NCBI RefSeq assembly: GCF_964247315.1
Contig: NZ_CAXTTT010000005.1
Coordinates: 20,373-84,372, forward strand
Length of the DNA stretch: 64,000 bases
From: an uncultured Nostoc sp.
GTDB taxonomy: Bacteria; Cyanobacteriota; Cyanobacteriia; Cyanobacteriales; Nostocaceae
Direction: 5' to 3'
The translations under genes were made by a program, and so were the position numbers. Under the pieces are notes generated by a model. That model did not search any database and was not told the origin of the DNA. It saw only the letters and a list, made by a program, of their open reading frames with translations. Positions 27,753 to 38,229 of this stretch are shown piece by piece. Each line of letters begins with the position of its first letter. Positions within the stretch are counted from its first letter, which is position 1.

Positions 27753-28931
27753 TTAGTCTGAGGAGAAGCCGCAAGCGGGGAGGGGTTCTTGAGTTATTTT
27801 TGGTTTTTGGGCGATTGTTTTTTTGGCAATTGTGGAGAGTCGTCCGTATTTGTAATAGGCTGCACAAGCACCTTCGGAAGATACCATACAAGTACCGATT
27901 GGCGTTTCTGGGGTGCAAGCTGTACCGAATACTTTGCACTCCCAAGGTTTTAAGACTCCTTTAAGAATTTCTCCACATTTACAGGCTTTATGGTCGGCTA
28001 CTTTGAGATTAGGAATAGTAAATTTAAGTTCGGCATCAAATTGGGCATATTCAGGTTGAATTTGTAATCCTGAATAAGGAATATCACCTAAGCCACGCCA
28101 ATCAAAACTATCTCGCACGGCGAAAACTTTATTTATGGCTTGCAATGCTACTGTATTCCCACTTTTTTCTACAATTCGGTTATATTGGTTTTCAACTTCA
28201 CAGCGATTTTCTACTATCTGGTGCAATAGCATCCAAATTGATTGGAGAATATCTAAGGGTTCAAATCCTGAAACGACTATCGGCTTATTATATTGTTGGG
28301 AAATAAATTGATATGGGTCAGTGCCAATTACCATGCTGACATGGCCAGGCCCAACAAATCCATTCAGTTGCAAGTCGGGATTATCTAATAGTGCTTTGAG
28401 GGCGGGAATCACGAGGACGTGATTGCTAAACATACTAAAGTTATGAATTTTTTCGGCTGCGGCTTGCAAAATGGTGAAGGCGGTGCTGGGGGCTGTGGTT
28501 TCAAAGCCTAATGCGAAGAAAACTACTTCTTTGTCGGGGTTATCTTTGGCAATTTGTAGGCTATCTAGGGGAGAGTACACCATACGGATGTCTGCACCTT
28601 GTGCCCTGGCTTGTAGTAAATTCGTTTTGGAACCAGGAACTCGCATTGCGTCGCCAAAGGTGGCAAAAATGACGTTATGATTTTGAGAGATTGCGATCGC
28701 ATCATCTAATCTCCCTTTTGGCATAACGCATACTGGACAACCAGGCCCATGAATTAGTTCAATGGCTTGGGGTAAAATTTCTTCGATACCATATTTAAAT
28801 ATTGAATGGGTATGTCCGCCGCATACTTCCATGATTTTGATAGGTTTTTCTAGTCGATGGCATAATTTGGCGATTTCACGGCATAAGGCTTCAGCTTTTT
28901 CCGGTTCGCGGAATTCGTTAACATATTTCAT
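27753..28931 (-). CDS. hypD: hydrogenase maturation protein HypD
   Basis: MKYVNEFR..., EVCGGHTH, GPGCPVCV and a C-terminal Cys cluster. Confidence 0.95.
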   Translation of the reverse strand: MKYVNEFREPEKAEALCREIAKLCHRLEKPIKIMEVCGGHTHSIFKYGIEEILPQAIELIHGPGCPVCVMPKGRLDDAIAISQNHNVIFATFGDAMRVPGSKTNLLQARAQGADIRMVYSPLDSLQIAKDNPDKEVVFFALGFETTAPSTAFTILQAAAEKIHNFSMFSNHVLVIPALKALLDNPDLQLNGFVGPGHVSMVIGTDPYQFISQQYNKPIVVSGFEPLDILQSIWMLLHQIVENRCEVENQYNRIVEKSGNTVALQAINKVFAVRDSFDWRGLGDIPYSGLQIQPEYAQFDAELKFTIPNLKVADHKACKCGEILKGVLKPWECKVFGTACTPETPIGTCMVSSEGACAAYYKYGRLSTIAKKTIAQKPKITQEPLPACGFSSD

Positions 28932-29068
28932 AGAAAGTAAAGAGTAGTGAGTTTTATGTATCTGTTAATTTCGCTTTTGTAGTAGAGAGTTTTTTTAACA
29001 AATCGCGTTGACGCAGCGTCTCCAAGAGTTGCCTCATCTAGATTTAAACCTCCTGCCTCCTGCCTGAT

Positions 29069-29329
29069 TCACGTACTAATCCCTGCTTCTGCTGCTGTTA
29101 ATTCTTGCAATAGTTGTAATGTTTCTGCCGCTTCTTGTTCGTTAATTCGATTCATCGCAAAGCCAACATGCACTAGCACCCAATCCCCAATACAAGCTTC
29201 GGGGGGATGTTGTTCATCTACGATACAAGCAATATTTACTTCGCGCTTAACACCACCAATGTTAACTATGGCTAATTTATGGTTAATGTTGGTAATTTCT
29301 ATAATTTGTCCGGGGATTCCTAAGCACAT
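29069..29329 (-). CDS. hypC: hydrogenase assembly chaperone HypC
   Basis: MCLGIPGQIIEI N-terminus. Confidence 0.95.
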   Translation of the reverse strand: MCLGIPGQIIEITNINHKLAIVNIGGVKREVNIACIVDEQHPPEACIGDWVLVHVGFAMNRINEQEAAETLQLLQELTAAEAGIST

Positions 29330-29394
29330 TTTTTGATTTGTAAAGATGAACTAACTGTAGAGGAAACTATTTGTGAAACAACGTTTGTCAATTA

Positions 29395-31743
29395 TCAAGA
29401 CTCATGTATTAATTGTGCGGCTGAAATCACTGCTTGTCCTAAAGATAATCCGCCGTCGTTAGCTGGTACTAAGCTGTGAGTAAGTACTTTTATTCCCAAT
29501 GTTTGTAATCTTTTGGTAACTTGCTCTAACAATATACAATTTTGAAATACTCCTCCTGTTAGGGCTACCTGATAAATCAGATTTTCTTGGCTAAGATGCT
29601 TAACCATTTCCACAATCGCATTAGCTAAACCTTGGTGAAATTTGGCAGCCATAACTGCTTGTGGAATCTGCTGCTGTAAGTCATCGAGCAAGGCTAGCCA
29701 CATTGGGCGCGGGTCTATACAATAAATACTACCTGAAAAGCTAAAACTAAAAGGATATATTAGCGTTTCTTTATTATTATTTAAGCTGCTAACATCTACT
29801 ATAGCTTCCATTGCGATCGCAGCCTGTCCTTCATAACTACATTCGTCTCTATAAATACCGATAGCCGCCGCCACTGCATCGAACAAGCGCCCCACTGATG
29901 AAGCTGGAGGACAGTTAATCTTTTTCTCTATAAGTTGATTGAGTAGCTTAAGTGGCTTGTTTTTCAAAAAATTAAATATTTCTAAATCAGCATACTTTTG
30001 CTCGCAATCATCCCAAAGATTAGCAGCTACTAATTGAGCATAAGTATTACGCCAAGGCTGATAAATTGCTTGTTTGCCACCAATCATTGCTACTGGTTTA
30101 AATGTTGCTAGTCGCTGAAATTTCCGGTAATCTGCTAAAAGAAATTCTCCACCCCAAAGTGTGCCATCGTCACCGTAACCTAAACCATCTAAAGCAATAC
30201 CTAATATTGGAGGTGAATCTAAAGTAATCCCATTTTCCGCCATACAAGCGGCGATATGAGCGTGATGATGTTGAATAGGATAAATTTTGATTTGATTTGT
30301 GTCCGCAAGTTCTTTACCAAGTTTGCTTGAGAGATATTCAGGATGTTTATCAATGGCGATTACTTCTGGTTGATGCTCAAATAAATTTAAGTATAAATTT
30401 AAAGTTTCTTGGTAAGCGTTGAAAGCGGCAGTATTTTCTAAATCTCCTAGATGTTGAGAGAGAATCGCTTCTCCTTCACGCAATAGGCAAAAGGTATTTT
30501 TTAACTCACTGCCCATTGCTAAAATTTGCGGTACTTTATGAAATCCCAGTGGTAAACTAATTGATGCTGGTGCATATCCTCTGGCACGGCGAATTGTTTG
30601 AGCTTTATCACCCATAACACGCACAACTGAATCATCTACCCGATTAATAATCTCTCGATTGTGCAAGAGAAAATAATCAGCGATTGTCCCTAATTTTTCC
30701 CTTACTTCGTCATTATCAATACATTGTGGTTCATCAGCAAAATTGCCACTTGTTAAAACAATTGGACGATTCATCCGCCGCAGAATTAAATGATGCAAGG
30801 GCGTATAAGGTAGCATGAAACCAAGAGTATTTTGTCCTGATGCTACTGACGATGCTAATTGTTTTTTCTCTGAAGCTTGTAATAAAACAATTGGTGCAGC
30901 AGAACTTGTTAATAATTCTTTTTCTTTGGTGTTGACAATACAATATTGTTCAATTACTTCAATATCCCGCGCCATTAAAGCAAAGGGTTTATGATAGCGC
31001 TTTTTTCGCTGACGTAGTTTTTGTACAACGGTTTCCTGTGTTGCATCGCAAGCTAGATGAATACCACCTAACCCCTTAATTGCTACAATCTCACCTTTTT
31101 GCAACAAGGTACAAACAGCATCGACATCATCCAACATCGAAAACATGGAAGCAGTAACCGATTTGCCATCGGCGCGTTCTAACCAAGCTGCGGGGCCACA
31201 AACATGACAAGCTACAGGTTGCGCGTGAAAACGGCGGTTTTCGACATCGTGGTATTCCTTTCCACATTCTGAACACATCGCAAACGCAGACATACTGGTA
31301 TTGCATCTGTCATAAGGAATGGCACGAATAATACTCAGGCGGGGGCCGCAATGAGTACAGTTAGTAAAGGGGTAGCGATAAAAGCGGCTAAAGGGGTCGA
31401 ATATTTCTTGTTGACACTGTGGACAAGTGGCTGCATCAGGAGTAATTTCTGTTGTAATGGCATTACTGACACTACTAGAAATCACGAAATTATCAAATTT
31501 CAATTCACCTTCATAAGGAGTTCTAGTTAGTTGATTAATTCTTGCCAACGGTGGACATTCCGTTTGCAATCTGGCAACAAATTCTGTGATTGCTTCCTCA
31601 CTACCAGATACCCTAATTAATACACCTTGACCATCATTACAAACATCTCCAGTCAAACCACAGGCTTTAGCAAAACGATAGACAGTAGGGCGAAATCCTA
31701 CTCCTTGAACAGTACCGCCAACTCTAATTTCTTCAGTCGCCAT
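29395..31743 (-). CDS. hypF: carbamoyltransferase HypF
   Basis: Acylphosphatase VQGVGFRP, two CxxC zinc-finger pairs, and YrdC and Kae1-like domains. The start is set at the ATG at 31743. Confidence 0.95.
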   Translation of the reverse strand: MATEEIRVGGTVQGVGFRPTVYRFAKACGLTGDVCNDGQGVLIRVSGSEEAITEFVARLQTECPPLARINQLTRTPYEGELKFDNFVISSSVSNAITTEITPDAATCPQCQQEIFDPFSRFYRYPFTNCTHCGPRLSIIRAIPYDRCNTSMSAFAMCSECGKEYHDVENRRFHAQPVACHVCGPAAWLERADGKSVTASMFSMLDDVDAVCTLLQKGEIVAIKGLGGIHLACDATQETVVQKLRQRKKRYHKPFALMARDIEVIEQYCIVNTKEKELLTSSAAPIVLLQASEKKQLASSVASGQNTLGFMLPYTPLHHLILRRMNRPIVLTSGNFADEPQCIDNDEVREKLGTIADYFLLHNREIINRVDDSVVRVMGDKAQTIRRARGYAPASISLPLGFHKVPQILAMGSELKNTFCLLREGEAILSQHLGDLENTAAFNAYQETLNLYLNLFEHQPEVIAIDKHPEYLSSKLGKELADTNQIKIYPIQHHHAHIAACMAENGITLDSPPILGIALDGLGYGDDGTLWGGEFLLADYRKFQRLATFKPVAMIGGKQAIYQPWRNTYAQLVAANLWDDCEQKYADLEIFNFLKNKPLKLLNQLIEKKINCPPASSVGRLFDAVAAAIGIYRDECSYEGQAAIAMEAIVDVSSLNNNKETLIYPFSFSFSGSIYCIDPRPMWLALLDDLQQQIPQAVMAAKFHQGLANAIVEMVKHLSQENLIYQVALTGGVFQNCILLEQVTKRLQTLGIKVLTHSLVPANDGGLSLGQAVISAAQLIHES

Positions 31744-31805
31744 ATAAATTTGACTTTCCAAAATTACGAATTACGTTAGCGTAGCGGGGCGAAGCCCATT
31801 ACGAA

Positions 31806-33029
31806 TTACAAATTATTAAACTGCCACAGCAATATTCGGTTATTTCCAGAATCAGCGATTACCGCCGTATTACCACAAATTTTTATTCCGTAACACCAAT
31901 TTAAGCTATCTCGTTTAGATAGTCTGAAATTACGATTTTCACCTTTACTTTGAAAATTTATTTGTCCTGCCAACCCATCTGCCATTACACCTTGCAGTGA
32001 GAAAATTGATTCTGGTTTTCTCCATCCTAACAACCGAGAATTAGCAGTATCTGCAACTACTAACCAATCTCCAGCTACTCCGACACCATAGGGCATACTC
32101 AAACTACTAGCACTAGGATAATAAACTCCTTGATTCATTTCCACAAAATCAAAACTTTTTTGTCCTAAAACTACTGCACAAGGGGCATTATTTTCTGTTG
32201 GTATTCCCTGCCAAATCATCACCCGGTGATTACCTGCATCGCTGATAACCAAATCTTCTCCCCAAAAGGTAATATCGTGACACCAACGCATACTCGCTGC
32301 GGTTGGAGAAGTACCGCCGTTTTCATTGCGAGATATCATATCTGGTTGTCCCAAAACTAAATCAGCAGGTTGACCATTTTCTGTTGGTAATTGATGCCAA
32401 ATTAATACCCTGCGATTACCTGTATCAGCAATAAATAGCCGTCCTTGATGATAAAAAACACCATAAGGCCAATGCATTGTATTAGCAGATGCTTGTTGAC
32501 TTCCTCGATTTGGTTCATTATTAATAAAATTAGCTTGTCCTAACACCAAATCTGCTGGAACATTGTTATCTTGTGGTAAGTTTTTCCAAATTAAAACTCG
32601 ATGATTCCAAGCATCTGTAACAGCTAACCCTTCACCACAAGCACAAATTCCAGTTGGTACACTTAAGGTTGCGCTTCCCGGTGTACTTTTAGCATTTTGT
32701 CCTTCATGATAAAAATCAGGTTGTCCAATTACCCAATCAGCAGGTTGACTATCTCTTGTGGGTAATTTTTTCCATCCTAATAATCGATGATGTCCTGTAT
32801 CTGATACCCATAAAGGGCCAGTTTTTGATAGCAAACAAGCACCACGAGGCCCAAACATTGTTATGGGACTAGGTGCTACAGGTATGACTAATTGTTCTGG
32901 TTCAATAATGTTGCCTAAAATTACCTCTGCACCTTGAGGTGATAGAGGCAAATCTTGAGAAATTTCTGTTGCTTCTAGCGGTAATTGTGATATTGGATTA
33001 ATTTTGATTGGGATATCCATGAACCGCAA
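31806..33029 (-). CDS. NHL-repeat protein (extended hyp operon ORF)
   Basis: Six repeats of the ...DTGN(H)RVLIW...P.DLVLGQ type. Confidence 0.8.
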   Translation of the reverse strand: MRFMDIPIKINPISQLPLEATEISQDLPLSPQGAEVILGNIIEPEQLVIPVAPSPITMFGPRGACLLSKTGPLWVSDTGHHRLLGWKKLPTRDSQPADWVIGQPDFYHEGQNAKSTPGSATLSVPTGICACGEGLAVTDAWNHRVLIWKNLPQDNNVPADLVLGQANFINNEPNRGSQQASANTMHWPYGVFYHQGRLFIADTGNRRVLIWHQLPTENGQPADLVLGQPDMISRNENGGTSPTAASMRWCHDITFWGEDLVISDAGNHRVMIWQGIPTENNAPCAVVLGQKSFDFVEMNQGVYYPSASSLSMPYGVGVAGDWLVVADTANSRLLGWRKPESIFSLQGVMADGLAGQINFQSKGENRNFRLSKRDSLNWCYGIKICGNTAVIADSGNNRILLWQFNNL

Positions 33030-33208
33030 ATAGACGCTGATAATTATTTAAAAACATTAATGTTGATTAGCGTGTAACAACAGTAACAGTTTGGCATTAT
33101 GCTTTTTTCAAATTAAGTTAAAACCTTTAATCAACTTCCGTATTAATCAATTTTGAAAAAATCTAGCTAATTTTAGTAATTTTTGCTACATAGTGAATTT
33201 TTGGCATG

Positions 33209-33600
33209 AGTGCGCGATATACTGAAATGAGAAAGCAAACTGAGGTTTAAGAAAGTAAAAGCTCATTTTGCTTGCGGAAAACACTAAAATGAGTAAGTCA
33301 AATGACCTTTTGCTTGCGGAAAACACCAAAATGAGTAAGCAAACTGGGGTTTGAATAAGTCAAATGACCTTTTGCTTGCGGAAAACACCAAAATGAGTAA
33401 GCAAACTGGGATTTGAATAAGTCAAATGCCATTTTGAGAAAGTAATATGTCATTTTGCTTTCTCAAAACCCTAAAATCATTACCTAAACTACACAAATGA
33501 AAATAATTTTAGAGATATTGAAAAAGCATTCAAGCATTTTGCTTGCATAAAACACTAAAATGAATGCGCGAACTACTGAAATGAAAAAGCAAAGTAGCCG
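33209..33600. repeat. tandem/dispersed array of ~62-bp units, each with a CATTTTGCTTGCGGAAAACAC(T/C)AAAATGA hairpin core (5 cores)
   Basis: GTCAAATG anchors at 33297, 33359 and 33421 (period 62). Related cores near 33262 and 33535. Flanked by TGCGCGA.A.ACTGAAATGA.AAAGCAAA at both ends. Confidence 0.85.
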
Positions 33601-33649
33601 TGATTGACTAATCGCCAAGTATATTTGCTGAAATGTTACCTTTGCATCA

Positions 33650-34495
33650 TCATTTTTGCAGTTTCACAAAAACCTTATCGTCTTTAATTTTGACTGGATA
33701 CGACTGAAGCGAAATATCAGGTGCAGTTAAGCATTCACCTGTCTCTAAGTTGTACTGGAATCCGTGGGAAGGACAGGTAAGAATACCATTTTCAATTTTA
33801 CCCTTTTCTAAAGGAGATCCTAGATGAGTGCAAGCATTACGATAACATTTTACCGTAATACCTTGACGATTTAAAATTAGTGAATTACCAGCAATTTGTA
33901 CTGCCAATACACTAAATTCAGGAACTTCATCAATAGTTGCTACTTTGATCCAAGTACTAGTTATTTGGGCAGAAAAGGGACTGATTAAACCAGAATTAGC
34001 ATTGTTAACAGTAGGGTTGTTATTGACTGCAAATACTTTGGTAATTTCAGGACAATGATTTTTGATTGCTTGTTCTACTCCTTGAGATAAAGTCAAAGTA
34101 GAAGTTGGACAACTGCTGCAAGTTCCGATTAATCTTACTTCTACTGTATCTGGTGACTTTATTGCCACTAATTCTACATCACCATTATGGCTTTTTAAAC
34201 CTGGGCGAACTTCTTCAAGGGCTGTCTGAATGCGCTGTGCTAATGGTGGTTTTGGTGGTTTAACTAGTTCGTGATACAGTAGCACTGCATACACTACTTC
34301 ATCTGCAACAGCATGACGCAAAGCTGGCATTGATTCTTGTTTTAGGCTTTTAATCAAACTAGTCAATGCAGCTTTATGCAAAGCTTCAATTGCCCTTTTT
34401 AAACCCACTGCTACACACCGTTGGCTTTCATCCCACTCGGATATAATTGCCTCAAAGCGGTTAATTTCTTGAACTAATTCTTCAAGGTTTGTCAT
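33650..34495 (-). CDS. NifU C-terminal-domain / Rieske [2Fe-2S] fusion protein (extended hyp operon ORF)
   Basis: NifU-like GDVELV...GTCSSCPTS, plus Rieske CTHLGSP...CPSHGFQY. Confidence 0.85.
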   Translation of the reverse strand: MTNLEELVQEINRFEAIISEWDESQRCVAVGLKRAIEALHKAALTSLIKSLKQESMPALRHAVADEVVYAVLLYHELVKPPKPPLAQRIQTALEEVRPGLKSHNGDVELVAIKSPDTVEVRLIGTCSSCPTSTLTLSQGVEQAIKNHCPEITKVFAVNNNPTVNNANSGLISPFSAQITSTWIKVATIDEVPEFSVLAVQIAGNSLILNRQGITVKCYRNACTHLGSPLEKGKIENGILTCPSHGFQYNLETGECLTAPDISLQSYPVKIKDDKVFVKLQK

Positions 34496-34517
34496 TTGTC
34501 ATTTGTCATTTGTCATT
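34491..34517. repeat. STRR heptamer repeat (GTCATTT x ~4)
   Basis: Direct reading. Overlaps the start codon of the NifU-Rieske gene. Confidence 0.9.
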
Positions 34518-34649
34518 GGGCAAAATAGTTCAGAGTTCCGTTAGCGGTAGCAGGGCGTTTAGCCCATTCTCAGTCCTGAGTAAACAAGTGAGATTTCCCA
34601 CTCAGCACTCTTTAGGGGCATTGGTTATTTATAAATTACCAATGACAAA

Positions 34650-34874
34650 TTATTTCATTTTGAAATCTTTGAGTAGAAATGGCATAATCATTCCTGTGAC
34701 TAAGCTAGATAATGTTATTGGTAAGTAGAAGGGAATGTCGATTTGTGCAAATAACACTAGTAGTAACGAACCTACAGCGGTAGCAATAGCAGTTCGCTGA
34801 ACAAAATACATTGGATCGCGCAGTAATTTTCCTTTGAAAAATAACTTGGCAGAAAACCAGCCAATTTCTAACAT
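34650..34874 (-). CDS. small membrane protein (74 aa)
   Basis: MLEIGWFSAKL... with two hydrophobic helices. The upstream part of the long ORF overlaps the next gene and is Cys/Trp-rich nonsense. Confidence 0.55.
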   Translation of the reverse strand: MLEIGWFSAKLFFKGKLLRDPMYFVQRTAIATAVGSLLLVLFAQIDIPFYLPITLSSLVTGMIMPFLLKDFKMK

Positions 34875-34882
34875 ATTTACTC

Positions 34883-35149
34883 CTAATAGTTTGTCAATAA
34901 ATTTAGGATTACAAGCCCTAAAACAATAGCAGGAATTACACCAGCAGGGGCAAATAATGCACCAAGCATTGCTGAAAACTGATAGCCGATATCTTTTCCA
35001 GCTAACAGCATTCCACCAATAGCACCGCCAACCATAGACAAGACTGTTGCTATGACTATCCACACTAATCCTGTTACTATGTTTAAGTCACCATCTGCTA
35101 AACTTGTGATAAAATCTCTCAGAGAAGGGTTTGTTAAAATATCTCTCAT
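34883..35149 (-). CDS. small membrane protein (88 aa)
   Basis: MRDILTNPSLRDF... followed by Gly-rich TM helices. The start is chosen at the ATG at 35149. Confidence 0.55.
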   Translation of the reverse strand: MRDILTNPSLRDFITSLADGDLNIVTGLVWIVIATVLSMVGGAIGGMLLAGKDIGYQFSAMLGALFAPAGVIPAIVLGLVILNLLTNY

Positions 35150-35245
35150 GCTGTTTTTTTCCTGATAAGTAGGGAAGTGGGGGTATAAAGGAGATGAAGG
35201 AGATAAGAAAACAAGGAGAATAGCCAATTCCCAAGGCCCAATGCC

Positions 35246-36265
35246 CTATTTCCTACTCCCTATTTCTGCTTCAATATCTTGTAGGGCTTGAGCTACTATC
35301 TCTGCTTGTCCTATTTGTTGGTTTTGGGTAAATATTTCAAAAGCTTGTTGATAGTAAATACGTGCTTTTGAGATATTTTTAGGATTTCCAAATTCTGGTT
35401 TTTCTGAGTCGTCGGGTAAGTTGAATAAGGCGTTAGCTTTGTTTGAAATTGTGTTAGCGTACTCTAGAGGTGTATCTTTGAGATTACGAACTTTTAGCGC
35501 TTCGTCATAAGCTGCGATCGCTCTTAAATTATTCTCCACAGGATGGGAACTCACTAAATATTGCAAAGCGTTACCTAAGTTGTTTTGCAACATCGCATAT
35601 TCTCTAGGATGGTCAATCAAATTAATATGCTTTAGTGCTACCTCAAATGATTGCACAGCTAAACCTTGACGCAAGTATTCCCGTTCTGATGCTAGGGGCA
35701 TAGAAAGGTAAGCGATCGCAATATTGTTATATAAAATCGCGTATTCCTGGGGATAATCTTCCCAAGTAAACACCCGCAAAGCCTCATGATAAGCCTGAAT
35801 ACTGTCAGTTATCCGCGCCAAATTAAATGGCACAAGTGACTGCAACACCAGCCCAAAATTCATCTGCGTCTCTGCTACTTCCTCTGGCGCAGCCAATTGC
35901 TGTAAAATCGGTAACGCTTCTTCATAACCGACTTTCGCTTGCATCAACAGTTGGTAATCAGCATCCGGTATTGCCTGTAACGTCCCTGCCATCCCCACTT
36001 GCGCCCTGGCTTTTAGCAGGGGATATTCCTCACCACACATTTCATAGGCCCGGTAATATAAGCCAACTGCATTCCGCAAGTCTTGGGCAGCTTTGGGCTT
36101 TTTTTGAAAACCCTGTGCGATCTCAATCAGCATTTGGATTTTTTCCTCTGCTGAGGCTGACTCCGATGCAACAGCTGCTAACGCAGCTTTCACCGCCGAA
36201 TCTGTAATGCTGGGGGTCATAACTCTGCCGTACTCTAGCCAATTGGGAATTGAGTCTGTCAACAC
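35246..36265 (-). CDS. TPR-repeat protein (extended hyp operon ORF)
   Basis: Repeated A..Y..AL / YNN.G.A.. TPR-like units. Confidence 0.7.
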   Translation of the reverse strand: MLTDSIPNWLEYGRVMTPSITDSAVKAALAAVASESASAEEKIQMLIEIAQGFQKKPKAAQDLRNAVGLYYRAYEMCGEEYPLLKARAQVGMAGTLQAIPDADYQLLMQAKVGYEEALPILQQLAAPEEVAETQMNFGLVLQSLVPFNLARITDSIQAYHEALRVFTWEDYPQEYAILYNNIAIAYLSMPLASEREYLRQGLAVQSFEVALKHINLIDHPREYAMLQNNLGNALQYLVSSHPVENNLRAIAAYDEALKVRNLKDTPLEYANTISNKANALFNLPDDSEKPEFGNPKNISKARIYYQQAFEIFTQNQQIGQAEIVAQALQDIEAEIGSRK

Positions 36266-36663
36266 CCATGAACGATCGAAACACGCGATCGCATTTCATC
36301 ACGGGCCATACTGATTTACGCAGGCTTCGAGTCCTTTAGGCGGAATTCCCCTTTTTTGTCTGAGACTAGGATTAAAGACTAGGAACTAGGGAAGAAACTT
36401 AATCCCATATAGCCAATGTCCTATGTCATGCTCAATAAAATACTATAAAACACCCTATTTCTAAAATTCTAGGGGGGAATTGCTAATATTAATGTCAGCT
36501 TTAAACACCTAATATTTTTTAAATACTTTTTGTATCATCATCTTATACAATTTAAATATTTTTTATTGAATTATTGACATACATAATATTTAGTGTATTT
36601 TAAATACTTGCCACGGGATCGTCGAAGTGTAAAATATGTTCATCAACTGTAAAACAAGCTCCC

Positions 36664-37455
36664 TTGAAAACAGACAGTATCTTCTATCGGATTTTTCAGA
36701 GTATCCCCACTACTTTCTTTGAGTTGATTAACCAACCGCCCCAACTAGCTAGTGTTTACCAATTTTCTTCAGTCGAAGTCAAACAACTGGCGTTTAGAAT
36801 CGATGGCGTTTTTCTCCCAAATGCAGCAGAACTGCCCATTTATTTTGTCGAAGTGCAATTTCAACCAGACAAAAAGTTCTACTCACGTTTATTTACTGAA
36901 ATCTTTAACTATCTTGACAAAACCGAATTAACCAACAATTGGCGTGGTGTTGTCATTTTCCCCAACCGCAGCGTTGATACTGGAGATACCGAAAGATATA
37001 CAGAATTACTCAACTCACAACGTGTGACTTGCGTCTATCTTGACGAATTAAGCTCAATTGAGGCATCATCAATCGGCATAGAGACAGTTAAACTCATCAT
37101 TGAACCCGAATCAACTGCGACAACAAGAGCTATCGAAATAGTCAACAGTGCCCGACAGCAAATTTTAGATGTCGCTACTATTAGGGAAATTATACAATTG
37201 ATAGAGACGATATTAATCTACAAGTTGCCGCGATTGAGCCAGGAGGAGATTGGAAAAATGTTTGGAGCAAATGAGTTAAAGCAAACTAGATTTTACCAAG
37301 ATGTTTTTGCAGAAGGTAGACAAGAAGGTAGACAAGAAGCTAAGTTAGAAGCCATACCCCAGTTATTAGGGTTGGGTTTAAGTATTCAGCAGATAGCTCA
37401 AGCGTTAGGTTTGGACGAACAAGTTGTTAGGCAAGCTGCACAACCGAAATCCTAA
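36664..37455 (+). CDS. Rpn-family recombination-promoting nuclease/putative transposase (PD-(D/E)xK N-domain plus DUF4351 tail)
   Basis: KTDSIFYRIF...FRIDGVF...YFVEVQFQ motif and a C-terminal TRFYQDVFAEGRQEG...IAQALGL module. TTG start. Confidence 0.7.
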   Translation: MKTDSIFYRIFQSIPTTFFELINQPPQLASVYQFSSVEVKQLAFRIDGVFLPNAAELPIYFVEVQFQPDKKFYSRLFTEIFNYLDKTELTNNWRGVVIFPNRSVDTGDTERYTELLNSQRVTCVYLDELSSIEASSIGIETVKLIIEPESTATTRAIEIVNSARQQILDVATIREIIQLIETILIYKLPRLSQEEIGKMFGANELKQTRFYQDVFAEGRQEGRQEAKLEAIPQLLGLGLSIQQIAQALGLDEQVVRQAAQPKS

Positions 37456-37978
37456 AACAGGAGGAGATCGGGAAAATGTTTGGATCAAATGAGTTAAAGC
37501 AAACTAGATTTTACCAAGATGTTTTTGCAGAAGGTAGACAAGAAGGTAAGTTAGAAACGATACCCCAGTTATTAGCGCTGGGGTTGAGTATTGAGCAGAT
37601 AGCTCAAGCGTTAGGTTTGGACGAACAAGTTGTTAGGCAAGCTGTACAACCAAAATCCTAAAACAATAGGGTGCGCGAAGGCTTAACAGTGCGTTTAATA
37701 GAGACGATATTAATCTACAAGTTGCTGCAATTGAGCCAGAAGGAGATCGGAAAAATGTTTGAATTAAATGACTTGAGGCAAACTAGATTTTTCTAAGATG
37801 TTTTTGAAGAAGGTAAAAAAGAAGGTAAGCAAGAAGTTTTTGAAGAAGCTAAACAAGAAGCTAAGTTAGAAACGATACCCCACTTATTAGCGTTTGGTTT
37901 CAGTATTGAGCAGATAGCTCAAGCGTTAGGTTTGGACGAACAGCTTGTTAGGCAAGCTGCACAACCAAAATCTTAAAA
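37241..37978 (+). repeat. three tandem copies (~207-312 bp each) of the 3' (DUF4351) module of the Rpn-like gene; copy 2 is an intact 61-aa ORF (37476-37661) and copy 3 carries a stop
   Basis: CAGGAGGAGAT.GG.AAAATGTTTGGA... ...CAACC.AAATCCTAAAA recurs at 37241, 37459 and ~37735. Copy 3 contains TTCTAAGATG. Confidence 0.85.
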
Positions 37979-38213
37979 CAACTGATATATAGCTGACGGA
38001 GTGCAAAGTCTTGCACCCCAATATTTTGCTGAATTTTACTTGGTTATCACATTAAAATATGACTGCTTAAAATACTCATACTTTCGTAGAAATTAACAAC
38101 TAGCAGTAATTATTACAGAGTTTTAACAGTAATGAATTCAGTAGACGAGATTATTTAACGTCAGTAACTAAAAAATAATAATTCTGTTTTTACTGTTTTT
38201 TATTTGTTAAATC

Positions 38214-38229
38214 TGTTACAAATATAACA
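38214..38229. promoter_or_regulatory. TGT-N10-ACA (NtcA-like) site ~190 bp upstream of hupS
   Basis: TGTTACAAATATAACA read directly. Function not tested. Confidence 0.3.

Noticed and set aside
27688-27945. 85-aa ORF overlapping the hypD 3' end and the hypD-hypE spacer
   Set aside because: It overlaps hypD out of frame and is partly built from the ACGCAAAGG short tandem repeat (27705-27745, also at 25271-25313). It is not coding.
34883-35227. Longer 114-aa and 137-aa versions of the two small membrane ORFs
   Set aside because: The N-terminal extensions overlap neighbouring genes or STRR-like sequence and translate to implausible peptides (Cys/Trp-rich or PSSPLYPHFP). Internal ATG starts at 34874 and 35149 were preferred, but this is not proven.
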